Shown: piece after piece, positions 49,620 through 62,285 of the stretch
How the letters are laid out: every line of letters begins with the position of its first letter
Numbering within the stretch: the first letter of the stretch is position 1
Assembly (NCBI GenBank): GCA_958009085.1
Contig: OY253675.1
Coordinates: forward strand, 992,001-1,056,000
DNA: 64,000 nt
Source of the DNA: Protoeuglena noctilucae
Taxonomy: Eukaryota
Reading direction: 5' to 3'
Program-made: the position numbers and the translations under genes
Notes under the pieces: generated by a model
Database searches by the model: none
Told to the model about the DNA's origin: nothing
Seen by the model: only the letters and a program-made list of their open reading frames with translations

Positions 49620-50489
49620 CTACCCCTGCCGCCTCTGTTCGCGCTCCAGCCGCTTCTGTTCCAGCTCTTTCTCGTACTCTTCGTCCGCAATGGCACCCAC
49701 GTCGTGCAGATGACTCAGGCTCAGCTTCCATGGCTGCGGCGCGTCATCCTCCGATGCGTCCAGCGACCCGTTCTGCACGCGGGGGCACAGGTGCACGCGT
49801 CAGCGTTCTGAGATCCCAGTGGGACCTGCAGTGGCAGAGTCATGCCTCAAAGCACTCGCCTCCCGCACGTCCCGCCGGATCACCCAGCCCCTGAGCTTGT
49901 GCAAGCGGTCCTTCATGTGCTGGAACGCCACGTCCTCCCGGTACGCGTTGCGAGCCTCGCACGGCTCGATGCGCTGGCGCCGGGCACGCAGCTCGCCCCT
50001 GCAGGGGCGTCGGCGCATCTTCTCAGGCGCGGGGGCACGAGGACGCGCGCACTGCGATCGACAGCATGCCCCGTGCAAAGAGCGAGTACATGACAGCATG
50101 TAGAGGCACGTAGCTCGCCTGAGGTTGACGCGATCGGTGATCTGCATGAGGTGTTGCACGGCCGCCTTGGCCGCCCTCGTGTTCCTCGCGCTCGTCTTCT
50201 CCTTGCCCTGGCCCTCGCTCCCCTCGTTCGCGTCCTTAGTATTCACCGACACCTCGGCGTAAATAGACCGCGCCTGAGACACGGGGCGAGAGAAGGGCGT
50301 CGAGCGTCTCCAGCGGCTCACAGCACTCGCCCTTCCCGCAGATTGACCCGAAAATGCGCTCACCTGTCTGTTGCAGTCACACGGATGTAGTAGATGCAAC
50401 ACACACCCGCCGCTTGTCGGCATCCGCGACGGCAGACCCAGCGGCCACGGCCCCCAGGCCAGGGCCCGCCGCCCCGCCCTCCACGACAT
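49620..50489 (-). CDS. Probable mitochondrial ribosomal protein bS21m-like (4 exons)
   Basis: Arg-rich presequence-like start; ARSIYAEV..AKAAVQHLMQITDRVNLRGELRARRQRIEPCEARNAYRE..MKDRLHKLRGWVIRR resembles the S21 pattern (L.R......L..ELK.R..YEKP.E.R). Confidence 0.55.
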
Positions 50490-51004
50490 GCCCGGCCCGT
50501 CCACACGCTCGCGATGGAATCTATGACCGAGGTGCAGGAGCTTGCTTGGCACGCTGTGCTCTCTTAGCCGCAAACAACGCAGCTACACCCGCGATGGCCT
50601 GCTACCAGTGAAGATCCGCGGCGAAGCGCTGTCCTCTTGGCGCTGATGTGACGCAAGTGGGAAGGACGTCACGATACTGGGCCTCATCAGGGCGCCATCC
50701 CCTTCCACTGGCGCGCTCGTCACCACCTTCTGGCTTCCACTGGCAGCAGCTGCGGTCGAGTCACCCTTGCAGCAATCACATCTCTGCAGTCTGTCGCTAT
50801 GCCGCGATCCCGTGTCTCGATCGTGAGGGAGGCATTTCTTCTGCACGCATCCTTTGGCACTCTCGCTCAAGCCCCACAAGAGCCAGTGTCGTTCGCCTGC
50901 TCTCACACCAATCTGCAGACTCGCGGACAGCCCTGCGTCGTGGAGCGTGGGCGCTGTCGTGCCAGCTCGCCACGAGCGTGCCCGGGAGCGTGCTCACGCC
51001 CGCC

Positions 51005-52430
51005 ATGGCGAGCCTGACGAATGAGGACTACTACAAGCTAGTGGATGCGCTCCCGTACATCGACGGGATTGGCCCGGCGGAGAAGGTCAAGGCGAGTCGC
51101 GCTCCGTGCCGGGCACGCCACGCTGGAAGAGTCGGCGGGCGTTGTGCGCATCTGCAGCAGCGCCTGGCCAGCCGCTGCCCATGATCTTGGACCTGCAGGT
51201 AGATACGCTCATCAAGCAGGAGATGCGCACGATGCCGACGTCCCTCGCGGACTACGAGGCCAAGCTGCCGCCCCTCCCTGCGTCCCGCATCCCCGACGAC
51301 GCGCTCGTCGCCGCGGAGCTGCAGGTGCGACATCCGCGCCGCGCGATGAGACCCTAGTATCGTCAGCTGCTGGTACGTGCGCTGAGACGCGGCCGCGCTC
51401 GCCCTCCGCAGCGCATCGAGGAGGGCCGGCAAATGCACCGCCTGGACATGTCGCGGTACAAGGTGGAGCCGCCGGGGGAGGACGCCAAGGCAGGCGTGGA
51501 TGAATGGAATCGCGCGCTGGAGAACGCGGGGGCGCAGTCGGAGCACCAGCAGCTTCGGTGAGGACGTTATTGCTTTGCAGCCCTTCATGCGGGCTCTTGC
51601 CGAGCTCGTTGATTGGTATCCAACAAAGGGATGGTTATCGACTCATGTCCTGCAGGTTGGTGAATTTGGAGCTGCAGAACAAGTTCGGGCCCAAAGTGTG
51701 GGGCGCCCTCAACGCCGTGCTGGACAAGGCAGTGACGGAGACGGAGGTGAGCGGCAGGCATGGGATACGTGGAGATGCGGGTCGCATGGCATGGTGGTGG
51801 TGCAGCACACTGCGTGGCATTGTGGCGATGCGTGGGCGGGTGGCCTCGGTACGGCGTTGCAGGGCTGGGTTGGGACTAAGCGACACGGGCGGCCTTACCA
51901 ATGGCAATGTAGCTCCGTCCAGCAGCAATGCGCGTTTCTAAGACACTCGTGGTCCTGACCGCAGGAGCGTCTCAAGGAGGTGCGGGCACGCGTGGATGCG
52001 ACCAACCAGGCACGCAAGCTGCAGCACGAGGCGGCGGGCCGGGAGCTCGGCGGCATTCAGAAGCGACTGGCGGAGCTGGAGGCGGAGGAGGCGACGCTGC
52101 GGAAGGCCAAGGCTGCGTTGGAAGCGGAGGTGACTCACACGGCGCCATCCATGTCGTGTTGGCATTGAGAGATTGTCTTGCAGAACACAACTGCTGATCG
52201 ACGAGTTGCGTTGCTGACCGGTACTTGTTGCAATGACCTGCACCCATGCACCTCTTTTGCAGGTGGAGGAGTTACGGGCACAGGCGGGGGTGACCGGTGG
52301 CGGTGCGGGGCAGCAGGGGGGGTCATCGGGGGCAGCAGGGGGGGCAGACGGAGCGGGGGAGGAGGCGGGGGATGGCGAAGCTGGGGGGGGTCCGCAAGCG
52401 GGGGAGAACGGGGGCCACGATGCTGCATGA
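51005..52430 (+). CDS. BCAS2: Pre-mRNA splicing factor SPF27/BCAS2 (MOS4)
   Basis: VDALPYID, LIKQEMR, LDMSRYKVEPP..EWNRALENAGAQSEHQQLRLVNLELQNKFGPKVW, NQARKLQHEAAG. Confidence 0.93.
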
Positions 52431-52568
52431 GATGCTCACTGTTGTTGGCAGCAGGTAATGGTGGCTTGAACAGTGTCGTGCTTTGAGTTAGATTACGTCG
52501 ACATTGATGCCTGTGAACAGACCTGGACACCCACACGAACAAGAGCATGCGACCAAACCAATTGTGGC

Positions 52569-53525
52569 TCAGGAGAGGTCGGCGATGGGGTTGGCGTGGA
52601 TGGTGATCCGGTTGATCCGGACTTCCTGAAGGGGTCGGTCCTGCATGAGCAAAGCACGCAGCTGGCACGTCATGTGCAGTGTGGGTCGCAGACACTCAGC
52701 TGGACGCAGGGGACCCTTCCTTCGCACCAATATCACCAACCTCGCCATGCGCACTCGCCTTCTCCCCCACCGGCACCCTCTCCATCTTGTCTGGCGTAGG
52801 CATGCCATCGATGACGTGGCCAAACACCGTGTACTTGCCATTCAGATGCTGGTGGGCCTTGTAGGTGATGAAGAACTGGCTGCCGTTCCTGCAAGCCGGG
52901 TGAACGAGCGATTGGAACACCCAGTGGGGATGCAGGGTGTGTTGCCAGGCTACTGAGACATCGAGTGGGGATGCAAGGTGCGTCGCCGTCGATCGACTGG
53001 CGCATCACGACTCACGTGTTGGGCCCCGAGTTGGCCATCGAAACGATGCCGCGCTTCGAGTGCTTCAGCGACTCGCGGATCTCGTCGTCGAACTTGCCAT
53101 TCGGTGTGGAGTAGATGCTCTGCGGAAGAGGCACGGGTCTGGATGGTCCAGCCACAGTCACAACGTCACAAACGGCAGCCAGGCTGTACGACGCTCACCT
53201 TCCCGCCCTTGCCCGTCCCCGTGGGATCCCCGCCCTGGATCATGAAGCCCCGGATGTTCCTGTGGAAGATCGTATTGTCATAGTACCCCGACGCACACAA
53301 AGCAAGGAAGTTCTCGCAGGCCTTGGGGGCCTCCTCCTGCAACGAAGGACGAGCTCGCCGCCATCGCACGCCTCCCGTGCAGCGCCGAGGTCTCCACGGC
53401 TAGCCATGGACGCCACGCGGAAGTGACGAAGGAATCAGACGCATCGGACGCCAGCGCAATGCGGCGCTCACGCAGAAGAGCTCGAGCTTGAGGTCGCCGA
53501 GCGTGGTGTGGAGGGTCACGGCCAT
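52569..53525 (-). CDS. PPIL3: Cyclophilin-type PPIase, PPIL3/CYP18-1-like
   Basis: [88 protein letters not shown]. Confidence 0.94.
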
Positions 53526-54032
53526 CGCGCCGAGCCCGCCACGCTCGGCGGTGGGACGTCACACGCGCTGATGCGTCCAAGTAGCGTGCCAAGCGAGGTC
53601 AGGGCGCGGGAGAAACCCTGCGTGGCCGGGTTGGCACCAAGCGACGGACACTGAGGCTGAGGATTGCGTCAAGAGCACACCAAGCGGATACTGTCGGTTA
53701 CTTGAGATCGCACTTCATCGCTGGGCGACGCGGGCAGAGTAGAGGTGCCGCATCCGAGCTGCTTTCCTTCTTGCGACGCCGCGCAAGAAAGGAAAACTCG
53801 CAGCAAGCCGCCCCGTGATCCTGGGACGACAGCACGCGCAAGTCCTGTTGATTGTGCAAGCTCTGGGACAGGTCGTATTCGCATCGCCCCTTTGCTCTTC
53901 GCCCGGGCCTCGTCACGCAGCGCACCATCTTTGCAGCCCTGCGATGGCGTATGTACGCATTGAGCCGTGATTATACCGTGTCTGACGTGTACATTGGAAG
54001 CCTGTCTGCTGCTGGGCACTCTAGCAAGCGCA

Positions 54033-55654
54033 ATGGACCCGGCGATAGAGGAGTTTTACGCGAACTGTCCGTCCTCCGGGGACGGGGTCCGCGAGCGCGT
54101 CGCACAGTTCGTCGGAGCGCTCCCCTCAAGCATTCGGGTGATTTTTACATCCAAAGAGCGGGATAGTCCCAACAGGCTCTCGAGATATCCCCTCCGTCAT
54201 ACCCGGCGGGCCCGCATGCTTCGCAGGTGGCGGTCGTCACTTCCGGAGGCACGACAGTGCCGCTGGAGAAGCGATGCGTGCGTTTCATCGATAACTTCAG
54301 GTGACGTTCTACGTCATGCCAGCGTTTCACAGCATTCAGGCTCGCCCAGTCCCGCTAGCCAGCGTGTGCGGAGCACGCCTCGCAGGTTTGCTGGGGCCGG
54401 CGCCCGCCACACCCGCGCCGCGCCCCGTGACTCGCAGCGCGGGCACCCGCGGCGCCCGATCGACGGAGGAACTCGTACGGCGCGGCTATGCAGTCATCTT
54501 CGTCACGCGGGTGACGAGGCGCACCGGTTGCTGCTGGCTCACATGGTTCACACTGTGCCTGGACATGAAGCATACGCGCCGCGTCAGCATCCTTGCCTTG
54601 TGCATGCACCAGCAAAGCTCAACGGCCCTGCTCCTCCTCGCCACCCGACGCAGCACAGCACAACGCAGCCCTTCGCATTGGGCCTGACGCCAGTGGAGGC
54701 CTTCGACTGCCTGGCGGACGCCGCTGTGCGCGGGACGGACACCGCCGGCGCCTCTGGAAACCCCCACGCGCGCGACGAGCCCCCCATCTTGACGGCGATC
54801 CGTGACGGCAACGCGGCGAGGGACGGCGGCATGCTTCACATCGAGCGCTTCTCCTCCGTCTTTGACTACCTGGTCGTCCTCAGGCGAGCCGGCAATATTG
54901 CGTGTGTTGTGTGGGCGCTGTATTGTGTCACGTGGGACTTGTTGTGTCATGTGATGAAGGGGCCGTGTGGCCACTCAGTGACATGCTCTGCCGTGTCTGA
55001 ACTGCAGGCACGTCGCGGAGAGTCTCGCGCACCTGGGGCCACGAGTGATGTTCTACTTAGCCGCAGCGGGTGAGTCAGTGCCCGCTTGGCTCAGCTGCTT
55101 GTGGCGAGGGTGCGTGTAGGGTGCAGCGTGACTGCCCCCCTGCATGCCGCGCAGTGTCCGACTTCTACATTCCCTGGGACTTGCTGGCCGAGCACAAGAT
55201 CCAGTCGAGGGAGGGGGACCTCAACCTGAGCCTGAGGCAGGTGCCCAAGGTGCTAGGCACGCTGCGGCAGCGCTGGGCGGCCCAGGCATTCCTCGTGTCG
55301 TTCAAACTCGAGACGGACGAGAAGATCCTGCTCAGCAAGGCCCGCGGGGCAATCCAGAAGGTATGAAGGCACCCGAAGGCACTGGGGATGGGTGCATGAG
55401 GGGTCCAGGTGCAGGGCGCACGCAGCATCAATCGCAGCAAGTGGTCTCGCTCACAGTACGGTTCGCACGCCGTGGTGGCCAACCTGCTGCACAACCGCAA
55501 GGACCGCGTGTACGTCCTCCGCCCCGACGATAGCGGCCAGGACGGTGTGAGCGTCGAGGTCGTCGACCGGGCGCCCGCGGACATCATCGAGGAGCCCCTC
55601 ATTGCCGCCATCGAGCAGCTGCACGCTGCCCACGTGGCACGCTCGAACTCTTAA
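54033..55654 (+). CDS. PPCS: Phosphopantothenate-cysteine ligase (eukaryotic type)
   Basis: [71 protein letters not shown]. Confidence 0.94.
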
Positions 55655-55929
55655 GGGGCTTGGGTTGGTTTGAACCTCTTCTCGATGGTCCCATCACAGC
55701 ACGGTGCTGCAATGCGGTGCCATTCTGGGAGGGCGCAGGGGGAGGCATGGAGAGGGCCCGGGCCCTCTCCACGGCCGTCTGTGAGTGGAGCGTTCGTGAG
55801 GAGCTGCCAGGGCTGTCCCGGGCGCCCGCTTCTCGGGTGTTTCTGGCAATATATCGGCGACGCGAGATCTGGGCGGCGCCCCCATCTCGTCCGCCAGGAT
55901 TATTGATTAGAGTTGGCGATCGAGACACG

Positions 55930-58900
55930 ATGTCCAGCGCTGCAGGGTTGGGCGTCGTGCGCGGCCCCTCCGCCGGGGCCCGGACGGCCCGGCCGGAGGC
56001 GCGATCCGGGCGCGCTGCCGCGGTCCCGCGATCGGGATCCATCCCTAGTCTCCCCCAGACCAAGCCTGCGCCCGCCTCCCTCCCATCCCAGGCCGCGGCG
56101 CGGCGGCAGGGCACGCTGCGGTGAGGGCGCTGCATCTACTCCCCGTGGGCGCGATGCGCCCGATTTCCGGCGGCCCGGCACGCATAACGCACGAGTTCGA
56201 GGGGCCGATGAGCTGGGCGCCGCCTCATTGGGCGCCGGATCGAGGGAAGACGCGCGCCCGGCGTCCCCATGCAGGTGCAACGCTGTGCTGAGCGATGTGC
56301 GCCCCAACCGCGAGTACGCGGACACGTTCCCGCGCGGCAAGAACTGGGACGTGCACAAGTTCGGCGGGACCTGCATGGCCACGGCGGAGCGCATCGAGGA
56401 CATCTGCCAGATGATTGCGAAGGACCCGGCGGACAGCAAGCTGGGTGAGGGGCGCGCGGAGGCCTCGCGCGAGCCGCGGATCGCAGCGGCAGACGCTTGG
56501 TGTTGCTTACATCGGATCCGCATTGGACGGACCGGCTCCCGCGGGACCGTCGCGCGCCCCGGACGCCGCTTTGTTGCGCCTTTCCTCGTCCCCCGCGATC
56601 GCGCCACGCGGCGCCCGGCCGGCGCCGGAGCATCGGCATTTGCGATTGTCTCTTTTGTGTCCATGACATGGCTGCCTGTAAAGCCCGATTGGCGCCCGCG
56701 GTGGGTGGCGGTGACCTCACCGCGCAAACGACGCCGCCCTTCCGCCCTCCCCTGCAGTCGTGGTGTCGGCGATGGGCTCGCTCCCCACCTCGCCCATCAA
56801 GGTCACGGACCTCTTAATCAACATGCTTGCCAAGGCTTCGCGGGGCGACAGCTCCTTCGCCGAGGTGAGACTGAGGGACGGGATGGGCAGTACAAGGTGC
56901 ATGGCCCCTCGCCTGGTCTTCCAAAGCAGTCTGCCATTGCACCGCTCGTTGATTTTGTTCCAATAGATACGCCAAGCCACAGCAGTGGATGGTATAGAAG
57001 CAAATGGGATGGCAGCTGGGGACGCATGGGTGACGCGTGGGTGAGGAGATGTGGACTGCGTGGCTGCGATGCAGGACTTGGACAAGCTGAAGGCCAAGCA
57101 CGAGGAGGCGGCGCGCAAACTGCTGGGCGGTGACTCCAAGGAGTACCAGGCCGTCATGGAGGCCATCTCCAAGGCAAGGGATGGTGGGGCGATGGTGGAC
57201 GTGTCGGTTCAGACTGGGATCCAATATGGGTGGATTGGGTGCCGTGCCACGGTATCTGCGAGACATGCGGTGTGGTAGTGAACAATGCCATGTTCGCTGG
57301 GACAGGGGGTGCCGTGGTCAGTGGACGAGGTCAGGCTCGCACCGGTGGCCCTTCGCTCAACATCCCAACAACCCACCTCACCCCTCGCGATCCCCAGGAC
57401 ATCTCCGGCATCGTGGCGATGCTCCGCGCGGTGGAGGTGGCGGGGATGAAGGTGGAGGCCTTCGAGGACTTCGTGGTGGGCCACGGGGAGCTGTGGAGCG
57501 CGCGCATGATGGCGAGCCGCATGGGCCAGATGGGCGTGGACGTGGAGTTCATGGACGCGCGGGAGGTGATCGTGGTCAAGCCGACCGAGACGGGTGCGGA
57601 CGTGGACGTGCTGTTCGCGGAGAGCAACGCCAAGCTGGATGCCTGGGGCAAGGCGCACGGCGTGCCCAAGGTGGTCGTGTGCACGGGGTTCGTGGCGCGC
57701 AACCAGGACGGCCGCATCACCACGCTCAAGCGCAACGGCAGCGACTACTCGGCCACCATCATGGGGGCGCTCCTGCAGGCCAGGAACATCACCATCTGGA
57801 CCGACGTCAACGGGGTGTACTCGGCCGACCCACGCAAGGTGAGAGGGGGTGGTTGATTGGTGAAGAGTGGTAGAGGGGGAGGGGTATGAGATACGAGGGT
57901 GTTTGTGCAGGGCGTGGTGGATTGGAAGGGAGAAGGTGTGGAAGTGGAAAGCACAGCGCATGACAGGCACCAGTGATCACGTCACATCAACCGCTGTGTA
58001 CCTCTCTCTTACCCCCTTGCAGGTGAAGGACGCCGAGTGCCTGGAGGTGATGTCCTACAACGAGGCATGGGAGCTGGCGTACTTCGGGGCCAACGTGCTG
58101 CACCCGCGCACGACCCTGCCCGCCATGCGCTACCGCATCCCGGTCGTGCTGCGCAACGTGTTCAACCGCCAGCACAAGGGCACCACCATCACCACCAAGG
58201 AGGAGGCCGCGGGCAGGGGGCCCAAGGTGCGGTGGGCTGGGGGGCTGAAGGAAAGGGCTGAGGGGGTTTGCTGGGGTGGTGGTGCAACCACGACTGTCTT
58301 GGGCCCTATTACTACTCACCAGCCGCAACATCTGATGTCAAACTCTTAGTGATATGGACAGCTTCTCCCCTGTGTCCCTGTGTATCTCAGGTGAAGGGTT
58401 TCGCGACGGTTGAGGGCGTGAGCTTAATCGAAGTGCAGGGGACGGGCATGGTGGGGGTGCCGGGCACGGCCTCGGCCATCTTCAGCGCGGTCCGGGACGC
58501 CAACGTCAACGTCATCATGATCTCACAGGCGTCGTCCGAACACTCGGTGAGTGTTGATATATGTATATGTCAGGAGTCTGTGTGTGTATACCAACGTCAA
58601 CGTCGTCATGACCTCACAGGCGTCGTCCGAGCACCAACCCCACTCATCCTTCCACCCGACCCCGCTTATCCCACTTCACTCACCCCAGACACCCACTCAT
58701 ACCACCCCACCCTACCCCACCCATTCACCCCATCCCTCACCCCACTCACCCACCCCCAGATCTGCTTCGCCGTCAAGATGGCCGACGCCGACCGCGCCGT
58801 GGAGTGCGTCAAGGCCCGCTTCTCCGACGCCATGCGCGCCCAGCGAATCTCCGAGGTCACCAAGATCGACAACTGCACCGTCATGGCTGCCGTGGGGCAG

Positions 58901-61298
58901 GAGATGGCATCGAGGAAGGGGATCTCCGCCAAGGCGAGTGTGGGTAATTGGATTTGAATATGCAGGGAGAGAGGGGTGGGTGGGTGGACGAGTGCGTAAG
59001 TTGTGTAAAGCACGGATGACGCAGCTGTGAGGATGGAAGCCGCGGTTGCGCTCACCCCCATTGCCACCCTCACCCCCACCCCCACTGCTACCCCCACCCT
59101 CACCCTCATTGCCACCATCACCCCCACCCTCACTGCTACCCCCACTCATACCCCCACCCCCAGCTCTTCACCGCGCTGGCCAAGGCCAACGTGAACGTCC
59201 GCGCCACGGCCCAGGGAGCCTCCGAGTACAACATCACGGTGGTCATCGACTCGGCGGACTCCGCCCGGGCTCTCAAGTCGGTGCATGCCGAGTTCTACGC
59301 CAAGGGCATCCCCCTGGGGGTGGCGCTCGTGGGGCCCGGGCTGGTGGGCAACACCCTGCTCAAGCAGCTCAGGGACCAGATGGGGCGGTGAGGGGTTGGC
59401 ACTAAGGGTTGGCACTAAGCGTTCCTTTCCCTCACCACGCCGTGCATGAACTGCCGTCTTACCTCCCCTGTCCTCCCACCTCTCACCCCCCCACCCCCCC
59501 CCCCAGCCTGAGGGGCGACCTGGGCGTGGACCTGCGCGTGCTGGCCATCGCCACTTCCAAGCAGATGCTCCTGAGCGAGACGCCCATCGACCTGGATGGC
59601 TGGGAGGAGCGGTTCAAGGCCGAGGGGACGGCCACGGACCTCAGCCGGCTGGGGCAGCACATGAAGGTGAGGGGTGGTGGGTAGGTGTGACTGGGGCACA
59701 GCACAGCGCATGAAGGTGACTGATGAGGCCACTCTCACTCACACCCTCACTTACCCTCGCCTTCAAATCGCAACCCCCAGGAGTGCTACACGAATGCCGT
59801 GGTCATCGACTGCACGGCGTCCGAGTCCGCCCCCTCCATGTACCAGGAGTGGGTGCGGCAGGGGCTGCACATCATCACGCCCAACAAGAAGCTCGGGTCG
59901 GGGGACCTGCAGAGGTACCGGGAGATGAAGGCCGCCCTCAAGGACAGGTGAGAGTGATAGTGATGGTGATGGCAGTGGAACTGAGATGAAACCGAGGGAT
60001 GGTCAATTCTTTGTTTCCGCAAACACCATCACGGACCATTACCCTCACCCTCACCCCCACCCTCGCCCCCACTGCCACCCTCACCCTCACCCCCCCCTTC
60101 CCCCCAGGGGCCTGACCTGGGGCTACGAGACGACCGTGGGCGCGGGCCTCCCCGTCATCTTCACCCTGAAGCACCTGGTGGACACGGGCGACCGCATCAA
60201 CCGCATCGAGGGCGTCTTCTCCGGCACCATGTCGTACCTGTTCAACAACATCAAGCCGGGCGTCAAGTTCTCGGAGGTGGTGGCGCAGGCCAAGGAGCGG
60301 GGGTACACGGAGCCGGACCCACGGGACGACCTGGAGGGGATGGACGTGGCCAGGAAGGTGAGGAATGTCGGTGGTGTTTGAAAGTAAGCAAATGGGTCAA
60401 GCACTTGACCCACTTGCGCCACCTGTTCTCCAACGCTCACTCTCACCGCCCCCACATCCACTTCCCCACTTTTCACCTCACCTCTCACCACCCCACCCCC
60501 TCCTCCCCCCTGCAGGTGGTGATCCTGGCCCGTGAGGCAGGTGCCCCCGCGTCGCTGCAGGAGGTGGCCATCGAGTCCCTGGTGCCCGCACCCCTGCGCG
60601 ACAAGAGCAAGGCGAGGGGTGTCGTATGGGGATGGGGGTATGGAGATAGGGGCATGCACGTTTGGGGGCCGGTCTCTCATTCTCAATAACTTGGCAGGGC
60701 ATCCTCTCCCCGCCCTTTCCTCCACTCCAGTCATCTTCTGCACCGTCACCCACCCCACCCCTCCCCATCCCACCCCCCCAGGTGTCGGTCCCTGAGCTGA
60801 TGCAGCGCCTGCCCGAGTTCGACGACGACCTGGCCAAGCGCGTGGAGGAGGCCGACAAGGTGAGATGAGTGGGTGCATGGGTGGACGTCATGGGTGACCC
60901 GCGGCTATGGTAACGATGAGCGTAGTAAGCATCGGTCAACCCCGTCTGATGTGCCACACGTGTTGACATCCCTGTCCCCCACACACAAACCGCACGTTCC
61001 AGTCTCATCACACCCCCCCTCCCACCCCTCCCCCACCCCCCAGAACGGCCAGGTGCTGCGTTTCGTGGGGGTGGCAGACCTGGCGGAGGCCAAGTGGCGC
61101 GTGGAGCTCAAGGCCTACCCCAAGGACCACCCCTTCGCGGCGCTGACGGGCGCCGACAACATCATCATGTTCTCGACCGACCGGTACAACACCCTGCCCC
61201 TCATCGTGAGGGGCCCCGGGGCGGGGGCCGAGGTCACGGCCGCGGGGGTGTTCAGCGACATCCTCCGCCTGGCCGCGCACCTGGGGGCCACCATGTGA
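55930..61298 (+). CDS. AK-HSDH: Bifunctional aspartate kinase-homoserine dehydrogenase, plastid-targeted, multi-exon
   Basis: WDVHKFGGTCM, VVGHGELWSA, TTLKRNGSDYSA, WTDVNGVYSADPRKV, YFGANVLHP, ACT domains (MISQASSEHS, AQGASEYNIT), GPGLVG, TPNKK, YETTVGAGLP, GYTEPDPRDDL, GPGAGAEVTAAGVFSD. Confidence 0.96.
58500..58634 (+). repeat. 44-nt copy of AK-HSDH exon sequence (NVNVIMISQASSEH) inside the following intron
   Basis: 58500-58543 versus 58591-58634, 3 mismatches. Confidence 0.92.
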
Positions 61299-62285
61299 GG
61301 CGGAGGGCGAGCGGTGGGGCGCGGGGAGAGGTGTAATGTGGAGGACGGGGTGGGGTGTGGCACGCATGGCCGTGAATCAGTGCTCTTGAGCCGCTGCTCG
61401 GCAACGTGCTCCGTGCTGAGATGGGTCTGCCAAGTGCTGCGGCCGTTGCGCTGCCACGCTTCCCTCACGGTAGCTGTCGTTGCGTCGCGTGGGTGGGCTG
61501 CTCTCAGCGCCAGACCGCTGGGCTGTGAGTGTCGTGTAACGTCGTGCTGTCTTCCCCGCACGCGTGCTGTCGATGAGGATGTGTTTGACTTAATGTTGAC
61601 TCGGCAAAGCGCCGCATGAGTTGGGACGACGTGGCAGGGCAGGATGCACCCTCCCCCTGCCGGCCTGCCCCCTGCGAGCGTCGCCTGCCGTTGTCGTTGT
61701 TTTTGACGCGAACCACGTTGAAGAGAGCAGATCTCCAACCACGCGTGCCTGCACCAGACAGGCTCTCATGTCTGCAGCACTGTGCATACACTGCCAGTCA
61801 TAAAGAGTTTCAACAGGCGGCGCGACAGCAGAGGGACAGCTGCAGCCATCGCGTATGGTGCGTCACACGGGGACACTCCCGGTTGCAAAACGTGGACGGG
61901 CACCCAGGAAACGTCGACGCAGGGTCAGCCCCAAGTGCGTCGGGAGGGATAGGCTAGGAGCGCCAGGGCTCTGATGGGCGACACGTGGGGCGCAGCGCTG
62001 AACAAGTGCACAGCGCCGCTATCGTGGCGTGGTCAAAGCAGCAAAGGTCACCAGCGCTTAGAAGGAACGCGAAAGGGATGGCGGATGGATGGCCACGGGT
62101 GCGCAGGCTGAGAGGTCAGGGCCGCAGACGCAACAAGGGAATTGACGCGGAGAGCGCATGCTAGGGCGCTCTCTGATAGAAAGACGCGAAGGGAGGACAA
62201 CGTCGGATTGGTGAAGAAAGCGGGGACAAAACTCTCTCGTGTGCTGCAGGCGACCCTCAGCACGGATCCCGGCCAAAATAACCAA

